Origin: Gemmatimonadales bacterium
Lineage (GTDB): Bacteria; Gemmatimonadota; Gemmatimonadetes; Gemmatimonadales; GWC2-71-9
DNA: 64,000 bases
Assembly: GCA_037189525.1 (NCBI GenBank)
Contig: JBBCJC010000005.1
Coordinates: forward strand, 448,001-512,000
Direction of reading: 5' to 3'
Positions within the stretch are counted from its first letter, which is position 1. The number at the start of each line of letters is the position of its first letter. The notes under the pieces are model-generated. The model was not told where the DNA came from. It did no database searches and saw only the letters and a program-made list of their open reading frames with translations. The translations under genes and the position numbers were made by a program. This document shows positions 31,501 through 39,530 of this stretch, in pieces.

Positions 31501-31667
31501 ATGCCAGGTGCGTCCGCAATGACGCTGACGGCATTGGCCGTGATATCGGGAAAGGGCTCGAACGGAATGGTCCGAAAGGCCCAGAGGCCCAAACCGATGA
31601 GGAGCGTCGTACCGCCGGCAATGAACCAGCGACGATCGAGCGAGAACCGCAGCAGTCGGCTCAGCAC
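28578..31667 (-). CDS. Heavy-metal efflux RND permease (CzcA/CusA family)
   Basis: 1029 aa; LGALDFGLLVDG, GIAVLNG, RLRPVLMT, QRPLATVVIGG. Confidence 0.93.
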   Translation of the reverse strand: MLSRLLRFSLDRRWFIAGGTTLLIGLGLWAFRTIPFEPFPDITANAVSVIADAPGIAPQEVEQLVTFPIERALLGLPGATAVRSTTKFGLAITQVIFEDRVDGYFARQLVAQRLGDVAADLPAGVTPVLGPVSTAMGEVYQYVLTSRTKEWGLGQLKTLQDYTLAPMLRTVPGVAEVNSWGGETEQYHVVVDPRRLALAGLSLSQVEAALAANNTNFGGAHTEERGERFIVYGRGRLTGPADIERVPVATRGGVPILIRDIAQVTTGSLPRQGAITWDGKGEVVSGMVIMRKGENAQRVIARIKARVDEITTTLPPGVELVAFYDQTELVEQTTATIGKNLVMGGMLVVVLLWVFLRNVTASLIVAAVIPLSMLWAFVAMKWFGFSANLMSLGALDFGLLVDGSVVMIENMLRRSATGPESAEDTTDRLHRAAREVGRPVLFGIIIIIAVYLPLFALQGTERKMFVPMAFTVVVAVLGSLVLALTVVPAAARTWLAHAHEPHSAGFERLKARYRRLLEGTLVRQTSVFAGAGALIVLAIIGIGQLGREFMPRLDEGSVLVQARRLPSTALGDGVEYSLAIERSLQGLPEVRTVVSKLGRPDLATEAMGTYESDTYIILEPRKTWRRGGKDALLAAMDSALREVPGINYAFTQPIQMRLDEAESGITTDVGVKVIGADPDRLATLAGRVESVLRDVRGAAEVKATAAARVHQMQLDLDRDALARYGIGAADVGREVELALGASVATTVVDGPRRIGVAIRMPGASTLSPEGFAELPVPTQAGGRVPLAAVARLRVVEAPEAFAHEGAERMVVVGANIRGRDVGSFVEDASAALAKAVPLPEGYRFEWGGQYQHQRSAMKRLGILVPLAILGIFLLLFWAFGTGRHAALIMTNVPFALVGGVAALWISGLNLSISAAIGFIALFGIAVLNGVVMVSYINELRAAGSTLEDAVLEGASTRLRPVLMTALVAGFGFVPMALSTSPGAELQRPLATVVIGGLVTATALTLVVLPTLYVVVERWVARRAVNRRGA

Positions 31668-31670
31668 GGC

Positions 31671-32795
31671 CTACTCGTCGTCCCAGACGTTTTCGAGGGC
31701 GGACTTGAGCATGAATGCCCCGACCGTGACGACCGGTACACCGGCCGGCAATCCCGCAACCGCCATCTGTCCGTTGCCCAGCGCAACGGCCTGAACCACG
31801 CGCTGCCGGAACCGATTGTTGCCGTCGGCAATGAAGACGACGTCGCCTTCGGCGGAGCGCTGGACAGCTTCGGCCGGAAGCACCACCCGCTCGACCGGAT
31901 CGGCCGCGGGAAGAAGGATCGAGGCAAACATTCCCGGTTTGAGGCCCGCGGGAATTGCCAGCAGTTCGACCCGCACATCAACGGCCCGGCGGAGCGAATC
32001 GACGATCCCCGAGACCCGCACCACGCGCCCAGGTATCAGGCTGTCGGGCATGGCGTCGATCCGGACGGCCACCGAGTCGCGCGGCTGGAGACGAAGCGCC
32101 GCATTTTCCGGAACGAATCCGGTAACCCACAGTTGCCGGACATCCCCCAAAGACGCGAGCGGCGACCCAATCAACACCGCATCGCCCGGACGCACTTTGA
32201 CCTCGAACACGGTCCCGGCGCGGGGCGCCCGCACCATGACCTCCCCGGTGGGCGACGGCGAGAGATGGCGCATGATCTCTTCGCTGCGCACCTGCTCGGC
32301 CTGCGCCGCCTCGAACTGAGCCCGGCGCCGTTCGACTTCCTCCCTCGAGACCGCCTCCGCCTCCAGCAGTTTACGGGAGCGCTCGTACGCCGCCTGCGCC
32401 ACGGTCAGCTCGGCCTGCGCAGTGACCACATCGCGGTGCGCCACGGCCATTTCGTGCGAGTGAATGTGGAATAGCGGGGTTCCGGCCTCGACCCGGTCAC
32501 CGGGCAGCACCAGCACCTCCTCGATGCGGCCTTCGACGATCGAACCCACATGCGAGGTGCGCGTATCGGGCGTCATCACCGTACCAGGCACCGCCAGCGG
32601 AATCGTCACCCGGCGCATCACGGTCGTGTCGATCTCGATCCGCGCCGCTTCGAACTGCGCCGCCGTCAGCTCCACCACGCCACGCGGAAGCGCAGCAGGC
32701 GCTTCGTCCGCCGCTTTGCCGGCACACGCCACCGAACCGACGACCAGCGCGGCAAGCGGCAGGCGCACCATCATCATCCGACTCATCGTCATCAC
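31671..32795 (-). CDS. RND periplasmic adaptor (CzcB/CusB-like)
   Basis: VAC lipobox; lipoyl halves, alpha-hairpin, LKPGMF. Confidence 0.88.
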   Translation of the reverse strand: MMTMSRMMMVRLPLAALVVGSVACAGKAADEAPAALPRGVVELTAAQFEAARIEIDTTVMRRVTIPLAVPGTVMTPDTRTSHVGSIVEGRIEEVLVLPGDRVEAGTPLFHIHSHEMAVAHRDVVTAQAELTVAQAAYERSRKLLEAEAVSREEVERRRAQFEAAQAEQVRSEEIMRHLSPSPTGEVMVRAPRAGTVFEVKVRPGDAVLIGSPLASLGDVRQLWVTGFVPENAALRLQPRDSVAVRIDAMPDSLIPGRVVRVSGIVDSLRRAVDVRVELLAIPAGLKPGMFASILLPAADPVERVVLPAEAVQRSAEGDVVFIADGNNRFRQRVVQAVALGNGQMAVAGLPAGVPVVTVGAFMLKSALENVWDDE

Positions 32796-34018
32796 TCCGA
32801 AGGATCGTCGCAGAGCACGGCAGCCTCGACCGGTGCTCCTCGTGCCCGAGCCAGCGCCGCGCGAGCCATCCGCCGCTCGGCACGCCAGCTCTCGTAGTCA
32901 TCCAGTGCCGAGAGCCTGGCTCGGCGCGCATCCAGTAGCTCGGCGAGGGTGGCCTCGCCGGCGTCGTATCGAGCCTCCGCCGCGGCAACGGCCCGCGACA
33001 GATCGCGCCGCCACTCGGCGTCGAACCGGCTTCGCGATGCGTCCAGGACCGCAACTGCTTGCTCCGCATGGTAGCGTTCCGCCGCCAACCGGGTCACCAC
33101 GGCCTGGTGTTCCGCTTCCCGCGCGTCGGCTTCGGCGCGCGCCGCCGCGGCGGCCGCCCGCCCCCGAGACAACACCGGGAGATCGAACGACAGCCCGACG
33201 ATCACACCCGAGTACCCCCCGGTACGACGAAAACCGACCTGCGGCGTCAGGTCCGGAACGCCCAGCCCGCGCTGCCGATCGGCCTCGGCGCGCGCGGACG
33301 CCACCTGCGCAGCAGCGACCGCCTCCCGGGCGTGTGGTTGTTCCGAGCCGGCTCCCGGTTCGCACGCCCCGGCCGCCACCGTGAACGGAGTACCGGGCGC
33401 CAGCCCGAGCAGGCGCGCCAGCGTCGCCTCCGATCCGACCAACGCTGCTTCGAGTCGGGCCGCCCGCGCCGCCGCCGTCGCCGCCTCCAGTCGGGCTCGC
33501 GCGGCATCGCCCCCGGCCGTGCGCCCCTCCTCGGCACGACGCACCATCGCGGTGGCAAACCGGTCCAGGGCTGCCCCTTCCGACCGAGCGGCTTCGAGCG
33601 CGGATCGATCACGTTCCACCAGCGCGATGCTTTCGACCACCGCGTAGGCCGCTTCCTGCTCGGCAAGCGTCAGCCCCGCGGACGCACCCGCCGCCTGCGC
33701 CCGCGCGACTCGGATGGCCGCGCCGTGATCGCCTCCCAGGGGTATCCAACTCGACAGGGTGATCTGACCCTCGACGCCCGCCAGTCCATCCCGGCCAGTG
33801 ACTTCGCGCTGTGCGCCCAGATTCTCGGCCACAGCGTTCACGCTCGGATTGCGCCATGCCCGCGCTGCCGCAACACCATAGCGCGCCGCCTGGGCTCGGG
33901 ATGAGGCAGCCGCCACGCTTGGCGCATGCCGGCGCGCCAACTCGAGCGCATCGGCCGCCTGCAAGCGGACCGTATCCACGGGACTGGCGGCAATCGCCAA
34001 GGCAAACATGAGCAACAC
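32792..34018 (-). CDS. TolC-family outer-membrane efflux protein (CzcC-like)
   Basis: GGAGG SD before the GTG start; helical repeats, LSFDLPV, YDAGEATLAELLDARR. Confidence 0.82.
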   Translation of the reverse strand: MLLMFALAIAASPVDTVRLQAADALELARRHAPSVAAASSRAQAARYGVAAARAWRNPSVNAVAENLGAQREVTGRDGLAGVEGQITLSSWIPLGGDHGAAIRVARAQAAGASAGLTLAEQEAAYAVVESIALVERDRSALEAARSEGAALDRFATAMVRRAEEGRTAGGDAARARLEAATAAARAARLEAALVGSEATLARLLGLAPGTPFTVAAGACEPGAGSEQPHAREAVAAAQVASARAEADRQRGLGVPDLTPQVGFRRTGGYSGVIVGLSFDLPVLSRGRAAAAAARAEADAREAEHQAVVTRLAAERYHAEQAVAVLDASRSRFDAEWRRDLSRAVAAAEARYDAGEATLAELLDARRARLSALDDYESWRAERRMARAALARARGAPVEAAVLCDDPSE

Positions 34019-34062
34019 CGAACGGCCTCCGAAATGCGGCGCGGGAAGGGTAACGCTCCAAC

Positions 34063-34078
34063 ATGAACTCCCGATGAA
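34063..34078. promoter_or_regulatory. Putative OmpR/PhoB-type direct-repeat operator
   Basis: ATGAA-N6-ATGAA (11-bp period) between the divergent efflux operon and the regulator. Confidence 0.5.
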
Positions 34079-34134
34079 TCCGGGCAGCACCGGGTGCCGT
34101 CATTAGGTTTCCGGGATTCCCTGCCCGGAACGCC

Positions 34135-34815
34135 ATGCGCCTGCTCGTCGTCGAAGACGAACCTCAGTTGCTCGATTCCCTGCTCCGCGGACTCCGGTCG
34201 GCCGGGCACGCCGTCGACGGCGCCTCGACGATTGGACTGGCCGCGGACAAGCTGGGCCGAGACCCCTATGACGGGGTGGTGCTGGACCTCAACCTGCCCG
34301 ACGGATCGGGGCTCGATCTGGCGCGGCGTCTTCGCGACGGGGGCGCTCAACTCGTCATCCTCGCGCTCACCGCGTACGACAGCATTGCCGACCGGGTCGC
34401 CGGTCTCGACGCCGGCGCCGACGACTACCTGGTCAAGCCGTTTGCGCTCGACGAATTGCTGGCACGCCTCCGCGCGCTGGAGCGCCGGCAGGCCAGCATC
34501 CGGCCCAGCACCTTCGTGGTCGACGACCTGATCATCGACCCCGCCGCACGGACCGCCACGCGCGGCGGCCAGCCGATCGAACTGACGACCACCGAATTTT
34601 CCCTGCTCGAGTTTCTGGCCAAGAACGCCGGCCAGGTGGTGGGACGCGCCACGATCAGCGCGCATGTCTGGGACGAGAACTACGACCCGCTTTCCAACAT
34701 CATCGACGTCTACATCGCGCGGCTTCGGCGCAAGCTCGATACCGGCGGCGCTCCACTGCTCCACACCATTCGCGGCGCCGGCTACGTACTGCGCACCGAG
34801 CAGGACGATGCCTAG
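34135..34815 (+). CDS. OmpR-family response regulator (CzcR/CusR-like)
   Basis: VVEDE, LDLNLP, GADDYLVKPF, HTIRGAGY. Confidence 0.93.
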   Translation: MRLLVVEDEPQLLDSLLRGLRSAGHAVDGASTIGLAADKLGRDPYDGVVLDLNLPDGSGLDLARRLRDGGAQLVILALTAYDSIADRVAGLDAGADDYLVKPFALDELLARLRALERRQASIRPSTFVVDDLIIDPAARTATRGGQPIELTTTEFSLLEFLAKNAGQVVGRATISAHVWDENYDPLSNIIDVYIARLRRKLDTGGAPLLHTIRGAGYVLRTEQDDA

Positions 34816-36253
34816 GTATCCGCTCGGCGGGCTCCGGGTCCGTCTGACCGTTGCGGTCGGCGCGAGTTTCAGCCTGCTCCTGGCCGTGTCGGCGCTCTTG
34901 CTGTACGCCACGCTCGAGCAGCATTGGCGGGAAGAAGTCGACCTCAATCTCAAGCATTCGAGCGAGGGCGCCTACGCGCTCTTTCTTGCCGATACCGAAG
35001 ACAACGTGACGCCGCGGGCTACCCTGATTCACGTCGCGACCGAACTGGTCTACGGCGATCGCTCGATCGTCGGGCTCGATCCCGAAGGGCAGATCATCGC
35101 CCACAGCCGCTCGATCGAAGATACGCCCGAATTTTTCGACACCGACCTGGCTGTGGTCGACACGATTCCGGTAACCCTGATGACCGTCGAAGGTCCCTCG
35201 AGAGCCGTGGCGGTGCGCCTGCCTGAAGGCTTCCGGCTGATCCTGGGTGTTTCGCTGGGGCCGGTCGAGGAACGTCTCTGGCATCTCCGGGTGACGCTGA
35301 TCGTCGGTTTTCTGCTCAGCATGCTGGCGGGAACGGCAGTGGCCTTTCTGGTCTCGGGTCGCGCGCTGACACCGGTCACCGATGTCGCGCGCACCGCCGA
35401 CCGGGTCAGTGATGCGCTCGCACGCGGCATCGTACCCGATATCGCGCTTCCGACTCCGGCAGCTCCGGACGAGGTGGGGCGTCTCCAGGAGGCGTTTGCT
35501 GCGCTGGTGCGGCGCTTAGACATCGCTTTGGGCCGGGAACGAGAAGTCGCGGCCAACCAGCGCCGCTTCTTTGCCGATGCCGCCCACGAGCTCCGTACTC
35601 CGATCACCATCCTGCGCAACGAGATCGAGACGGCGCGGCAAACGGTCGACCCGGCCGCCCCGGAACGCGTCATGCTGGATCGCCTCCAGACCGAGGCCGA
35701 GCACCTGACCAACCTGGTCAGCGATCTTCTGCTGCTGGCCCGTGGCGAGACCGCCGGCGACCTGCGCGCCGCATCGGTCCTCTATCTGGATGACATCGTG
35801 AGTCGGGTGATCCTGCGCGCTGGGCGCCATCCCGCAGCGGCCGGACGGCATCTCACGACCGGTCGCTTCGATACCAGCGCCGTCCGCGGCGACCCGTCCC
35901 TGCTCGAGCGCGCCGTGATGGCGCTGGTGGAGAATGCCCTGATTCATGCCCCGGGCAGCGACATCGAGATTACCGTCGGCGCCGAGGATGGTGCCGACCC
36001 GCGCCGATGGGTTGCGGTGACCGATGACGGCCCGACCATTCCGCCCGAAGCACGGGACAAGATCTTCGAGCGGTTCTTCCGGGTGCGTCATGACATCCCG
36101 GGAAGCGGCCTGGGCCTCGCCATCGTCCGCTGGATCGCCGAACTCCACGGCGGGACGCTGCGCCTCGACCAGCGCCAGGGCGGACGTGGCAAAGCCTTCG
36201 TCCTCGAACTCCCCGGCGCGCCGCAACCGAGGCCTGCGACGGAATCAGCCTAA
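34808..36253 (+). CDS. Sensor histidine kinase (HAMP-HisKA-HATPase)
   Basis: Two TM helices, AAHELRTP H-box, VENA, FERFFR, GSGLGL. Confidence 0.92.
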   Translation: MPRYPLGGLRVRLTVAVGASFSLLLAVSALLLYATLEQHWREEVDLNLKHSSEGAYALFLADTEDNVTPRATLIHVATELVYGDRSIVGLDPEGQIIAHSRSIEDTPEFFDTDLAVVDTIPVTLMTVEGPSRAVAVRLPEGFRLILGVSLGPVEERLWHLRVTLIVGFLLSMLAGTAVAFLVSGRALTPVTDVARTADRVSDALARGIVPDIALPTPAAPDEVGRLQEAFAALVRRLDIALGREREVAANQRRFFADAAHELRTPITILRNEIETARQTVDPAAPERVMLDRLQTEAEHLTNLVSDLLLLARGETAGDLRAASVLYLDDIVSRVILRAGRHPAAAGRHLTTGRFDTSAVRGDPSLLERAVMALVENALIHAPGSDIEITVGAEDGADPRRWVAVTDDGPTIPPEARDKIFERFFRVRHDIPGSGLGLAIVRWIAELHGGTLRLDQRQGGRGKAFVLELPGAPQPRPATESA

Positions 36254-36988
36254 CGACAGTACGTGGTCGAGGGCCTGATGCAGCTGGTCGAAATCCTCGA
36301 GCACGAAGAGCACGTCCGGCAACCGATCGACCGGCACCGGCGTCTCGAGAACCGCCGCCGGATCGAACGGCCGCCGGGTGCAAGCCGCGCCTAACGCATG
36401 CCGGCTCAGGGCTGCCGACGGAATCAGTTCGCTGCCGTACACCTTGGTGCTGGCCCCTTCCCGAATCAGGCCAAACTCCGCCGTGAACCAGAACAGCCGC
36501 GCAAGCCCCTGCTGCACCTGGGGCGTCCGAGCCGCCACCGCCGCCGCGCCATATCGTTCGAGGAACCGCGCATAACGATCCTCCACCAGCAACGGAGCAT
36601 GCCCGAGCAGGTCGGCGTAGATATCGGGCGAAGAGGGGTGCTCCACCCCCGCCGAGGGGCGGATGCCCACCGCGCTCGGCAGGCGGCGACGGCTCAGGCT
36701 CCTGGCCAGATGCGCCTCGGGAAGAAACGGGTTACTTGGCACGATCGCCCAGCCGGTGCGCGGCACCAGACGGCGATTCAGATGGCGAAAGTTCGGGATC
36801 CGAGCGGGGCCGAGATCGAGAATATCGATGCCTCGCAGGACCGGAATGGCGGCGTCGGTCAACAGCGTCGCAAAACGTCGGCAGTACAGGGCCGTCCACA
36901 CCGAATGGTCCTTGACCCCGTACGCCGAAGGACGCTGGCGTAAGGGCTGCTGGCGGTGGCCGACCGAGACTGCGCTCTGGGACGACAT
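36245..36988 (-). CDS. Phenylalanine-4-hydroxylase-like protein with degenerate active site
   Basis: DHSVW, IPNF..LN, TGW, PDIYADLLGHAPLL, LFWFTAEFGL; AAGGAG SD. Confidence 0.8.
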   Translation of the reverse strand: MSSQSAVSVGHRQQPLRQRPSAYGVKDHSVWTALYCRRFATLLTDAAIPVLRGIDILDLGPARIPNFRHLNRRLVPRTGWAIVPSNPFLPEAHLARSLSRRRLPSAVGIRPSAGVEHPSSPDIYADLLGHAPLLVEDRYARFLERYGAAAVAARTPQVQQGLARLFWFTAEFGLIREGASTKVYGSELIPSAALSRHALGAACTRRPFDPAAVLETPVPVDRLPDVLFVLEDFDQLHQALDHVLSLG

Positions 36989-37008
36989 CGTAACGCTCCT
37001 TTTGAGTC

Positions 37009-37043
37009 AAACAAAAAGCGACCCACAGTGTTTGCGGGTCGCT
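37009..37043 (-). terminator. Intrinsic terminator (attenuator 3:4 hairpin) upstream of the phhA-like gene
   Basis: AGCGACCCGCA-AACAC-TGTGGGTCGCT followed by TTTTGTTT on the minus strand. Confidence 0.82.
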
Positions 37044-37071
37044 GCCAAGTCATGCTGGATCGTTGATTGAT

Positions 37072-37152
37072 CTATGAACGATGCACTCGGCCGCGGCCCC
37101 GAAAGCACTCGAAGCAGCACATAATCCGGCCGACCGTGCAAATCCGATTCAT
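37072..37152 (-). CDS. Putative attenuator leader peptide MNRICTVGRIMCCFECFRGRGRVHRS
   Basis: ATG 9 nt after the TATTAT -10 box (TTGCGC-N16); overlaps alternative stems preceding the terminator. Confidence 0.62.
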   Translation of the reverse strand: MNRICTVGRIMCCFECFRGRGRVHRS

Positions 37153-37244
37153 AGTGTCGGAATAATAACGAGGCGCGTTCGCCGCGCAAGGCTTGGCGTG
37201 TACCAGGCCTGCAACGCCCGCAAAAGTCGGTTCGAGGGGGCGAG

Positions 37245-38180
37245 TCATCTCTCGCCCAGACGCTCGACCCGGGCGACCATGATCCCGTCCTGCGCCTTGA
37301 TCGAACGGATCCGATTGGCGAGCGGCACCTCGGAGATCTCGACCACCCGCCCCACCAGTGGCGCGTGGAGCAGATGGAGCTTGCCGTTCTGCCAGAGGGC
37401 AAACCCGGTATGCGCCACGTCGAGCCCGCCGAGCGTCGAGGTGGCCGCGATGATATCGCCGTCCTGAATACCGCGGCTCGCCGCCGTGATCCGGGTTTCC
37501 GGAAGGAACCAGCGCGGGTTGGCGGCGGTCAGGGTCTGCTCGATCGTCCTGACGGCCGAGAGGTTGGCGGTATCCGCCAGCTGACGATACGCCGAGACGT
37601 GGCGCGTCATGAACGAGATGGGCTCGTCGTCGGCGACTCCGCCCAGCTTGCGGCTCAGCTGGCGGACCGTGCCCCGGCGTTCGTTGTCCGCCAGCCACTC
37701 GGAGAAGTAGTGCAGCCGGCTGGTATAGCCGTCGAGAACACCCCCGCGGTATCGGATCGCCTCGAGGTACTGTTCGTACCGCCGGCGCGCTGCCACCGGG
37801 TCCTCGAGCGCAGCAACCCCATCGTTCCGGATGAACCGGACCAGCGCCAGCACGTTCTCGATGAAGGTGACGCAATCCAGTTCGCGGAGGTTGACCACCA
37901 CGCGTTCGGGCCCCGGCACTTCGAGCGTACCCGGTATGTAGGTCGCCCCCACGAAGGTCTCGCCCAGGCGCGCGATGGCTTGGCCGAGTGGCAGGGTATC
38001 CAGACGCCGGGCGGCACCCCAGCGCACCTTGGTTTCGAGGATCTTCCAATCGGCGGCCGTCCACGCCGTGCCGGGAATGGAATCCGGACGGCTCTGCGCC
38101 ATGAGCGGAGCGGCCGTCAGCATCAGGCCCGCGAGCACGCGAGTCGTTCCGCGCCACCGGGGGTTCGTGATGGTCCTCAT
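37245..38180 (-). CDS. DUF1460 / AmiA-like NlpC/P60 N-acetylmuramoyl-L-alanine amidase
   Basis: LDCVTFIE, RYRGG, SRLHYFSEW, GDII, LDVAHTG; signal peptide. Confidence 0.85.
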   Translation of the reverse strand: MRTITNPRWRGTTRVLAGLMLTAAPLMAQSRPDSIPGTAWTAADWKILETKVRWGAARRLDTLPLGQAIARLGETFVGATYIPGTLEVPGPERVVVNLRELDCVTFIENVLALVRFIRNDGVAALEDPVAARRRYEQYLEAIRYRGGVLDGYTSRLHYFSEWLADNERRGTVRQLSRKLGGVADDEPISFMTRHVSAYRQLADTANLSAVRTIEQTLTAANPRWFLPETRITAASRGIQDGDIIAATSTLGGLDVAHTGFALWQNGKLHLLHAPLVGRVVEISEVPLANRIRSIKAQDGIMVARVERLGER

Positions 38181-38300
38181 GCGGTGAAAGGTAACGGTAA
38201 CGCCTCCGTCCATGCCCCGCGACTGGTCCGGATCGAGAAACGATACCCCATATAGTGAAGACGTCCGGCGCGGAGGTTTGTTAAGGCTGGCAGCTACCCG

Positions 38301-38338
38301 AACGAAAGCCGGCACTCCGATCAGACGGGGTGCCGGCT
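38301..38338 (-). terminator. Intrinsic terminator after the TPR gene
   Basis: AGCCGGCACCCCG/CGGAGTGCCGGCT stem followed by TTCGTT on the minus strand. Confidence 0.55.
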
Positions 38339-38364
38339 CGCCGCTGCGGACCTACCGACAACCG

Positions 38365-39306
38365 CTACGGGACTCTAACGTCAGCAGTATCCCGCACCAT
38401 CGGTACCATATCGACCGCCGGCTGCACGGTCTCGACCGAGTCGGTCTTGCTCATGCTGTCCCGCCACATCCCGACCTCCAGCCGGAAGAGCTCGGCCAGA
38501 AAGGTCAGATCCGCGCCGTCGGGCTCGGTGCTGTCGCCGACCAGCGCCGTTACACGCGCCAGGTTCGCAACCGCATTGGCATACCCGCTATCGGCCCGAA
38601 CCGCCGCTTCGTACGCCCGCTTGGCCGAGACGGGGTGCCCCGCCCGCTCGAGCGCGACGCCCAGGTTGTTCTGGAAGACAGGCGACGTCGATCGCAACTG
38701 AACCGCCCGCGCCAACGGTCCGAGGGCCAAACTCGGCTCTCCCTGCTCGAGAAAGAACGAGCCGTAGTTGTTGAGCGTCCAGACGTCGTTGTCATCCATT
38801 ACCAGCGCGCGGCGGTAGGTCTCGCTCGCCTGCTCCGCAAGACCTTGCTTGGCCTGCGCCCGCGCCAACAGCCGGAGTGCCTCGGTCGACGACGAGTCGA
38901 TGGTCAATGCGTAGGTGGCGCGCTCCGCCGCCTCTCCAGGACGGCCCCAATCGAGCAGGGCACGGGCGACGCCGATGTAGTGGCTCGCGACGCCGGGTTC
39001 GAGCGCAATGGCTCGGTCGAAAGCCTTGACCGCATCGCGGTAGCGACCACGCCGGGACGCCTCGAGCCCCAGGGTGCGCGCGTCGGCGGCGGTCACGACG
39101 GTCGCGATCGACGGAACTACAACGGTCCGAGGTTCGACCCGCGGAGGCAATCCGCCGGCCGGCAGCGCAACGGCAACCGGTTCCTCGGGCGGCAGCTGCG
39201 TAATCACGACCGGCTTGGATCCGGGCACGTCGCAGGCGCCCAGCACCGGCAGCAGCAACCAGGTCATCATCGAAGGGCGACGAAACGGCAGGATAAAGCG
39301 GGTCAT
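38365..39306 (-). CDS. TPR-repeat lipoprotein
   Basis: AAGGAGG SD; LGAC lipobox; TPR repeats (NNYG, NNLG). Confidence 0.82.
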   Translation of the reverse strand: MTRFILPFRRPSMMTWLLLPVLGACDVPGSKPVVITQLPPEEPVAVALPAGGLPPRVEPRTVVVPSIATVVTAADARTLGLEASRRGRYRDAVKAFDRAIALEPGVASHYIGVARALLDWGRPGEAAERATYALTIDSSSTEALRLLARAQAKQGLAEQASETYRRALVMDDNDVWTLNNYGSFFLEQGEPSLALGPLARAVQLRSTSPVFQNNLGVALERAGHPVSAKRAYEAAVRADSGYANAVANLARVTALVGDSTEPDGADLTFLAELFRLEVGMWRDSMSKTDSVETVQPAVDMVPMVRDTADVRVP

Positions 39307-39368
39307 ACATCCTCCTTGAGAGTGGAACCCGCGGGCGGCAATCGACCGCGAGGTCGCAACTCTCAAAG

Positions 39369-39519
39369 GCAAACCCGCGGCCGGACGATCAGCGTTCCGG
39401 CTCGCGCGGCCAAGTCATTGCGACACAACAGGTTGAGCGGACCGGCGGTACTCCCTGAACAATCCGGTTGTGTCCACGCGGACACGGAGCGCGGGAAGCG
39501 GGCGTGTCCCGGCGGACAC
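39369..39519 (-). promoter_or_regulatory. sigma54 promoter module: -24/-12 element, IHF-like site and two enhancer palindromes
   Basis: CGG-CCGCGGGTTT-GC (39383-39369); IHF-like site 39411-39435; GTGTCC-N4-GGACAC at 39470 and 39504. Confidence 0.72.
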
Positions 39520-39530
39520 GTGGAGGAATC

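Noticed and set aside
39316..39366. TTGAGAGT/ACTCTCAA inverted repeat as an RNA switch for the TPR gene
   Set aside because: One arm lies upstream of the predicted sigma54 start site and would not be transcribed
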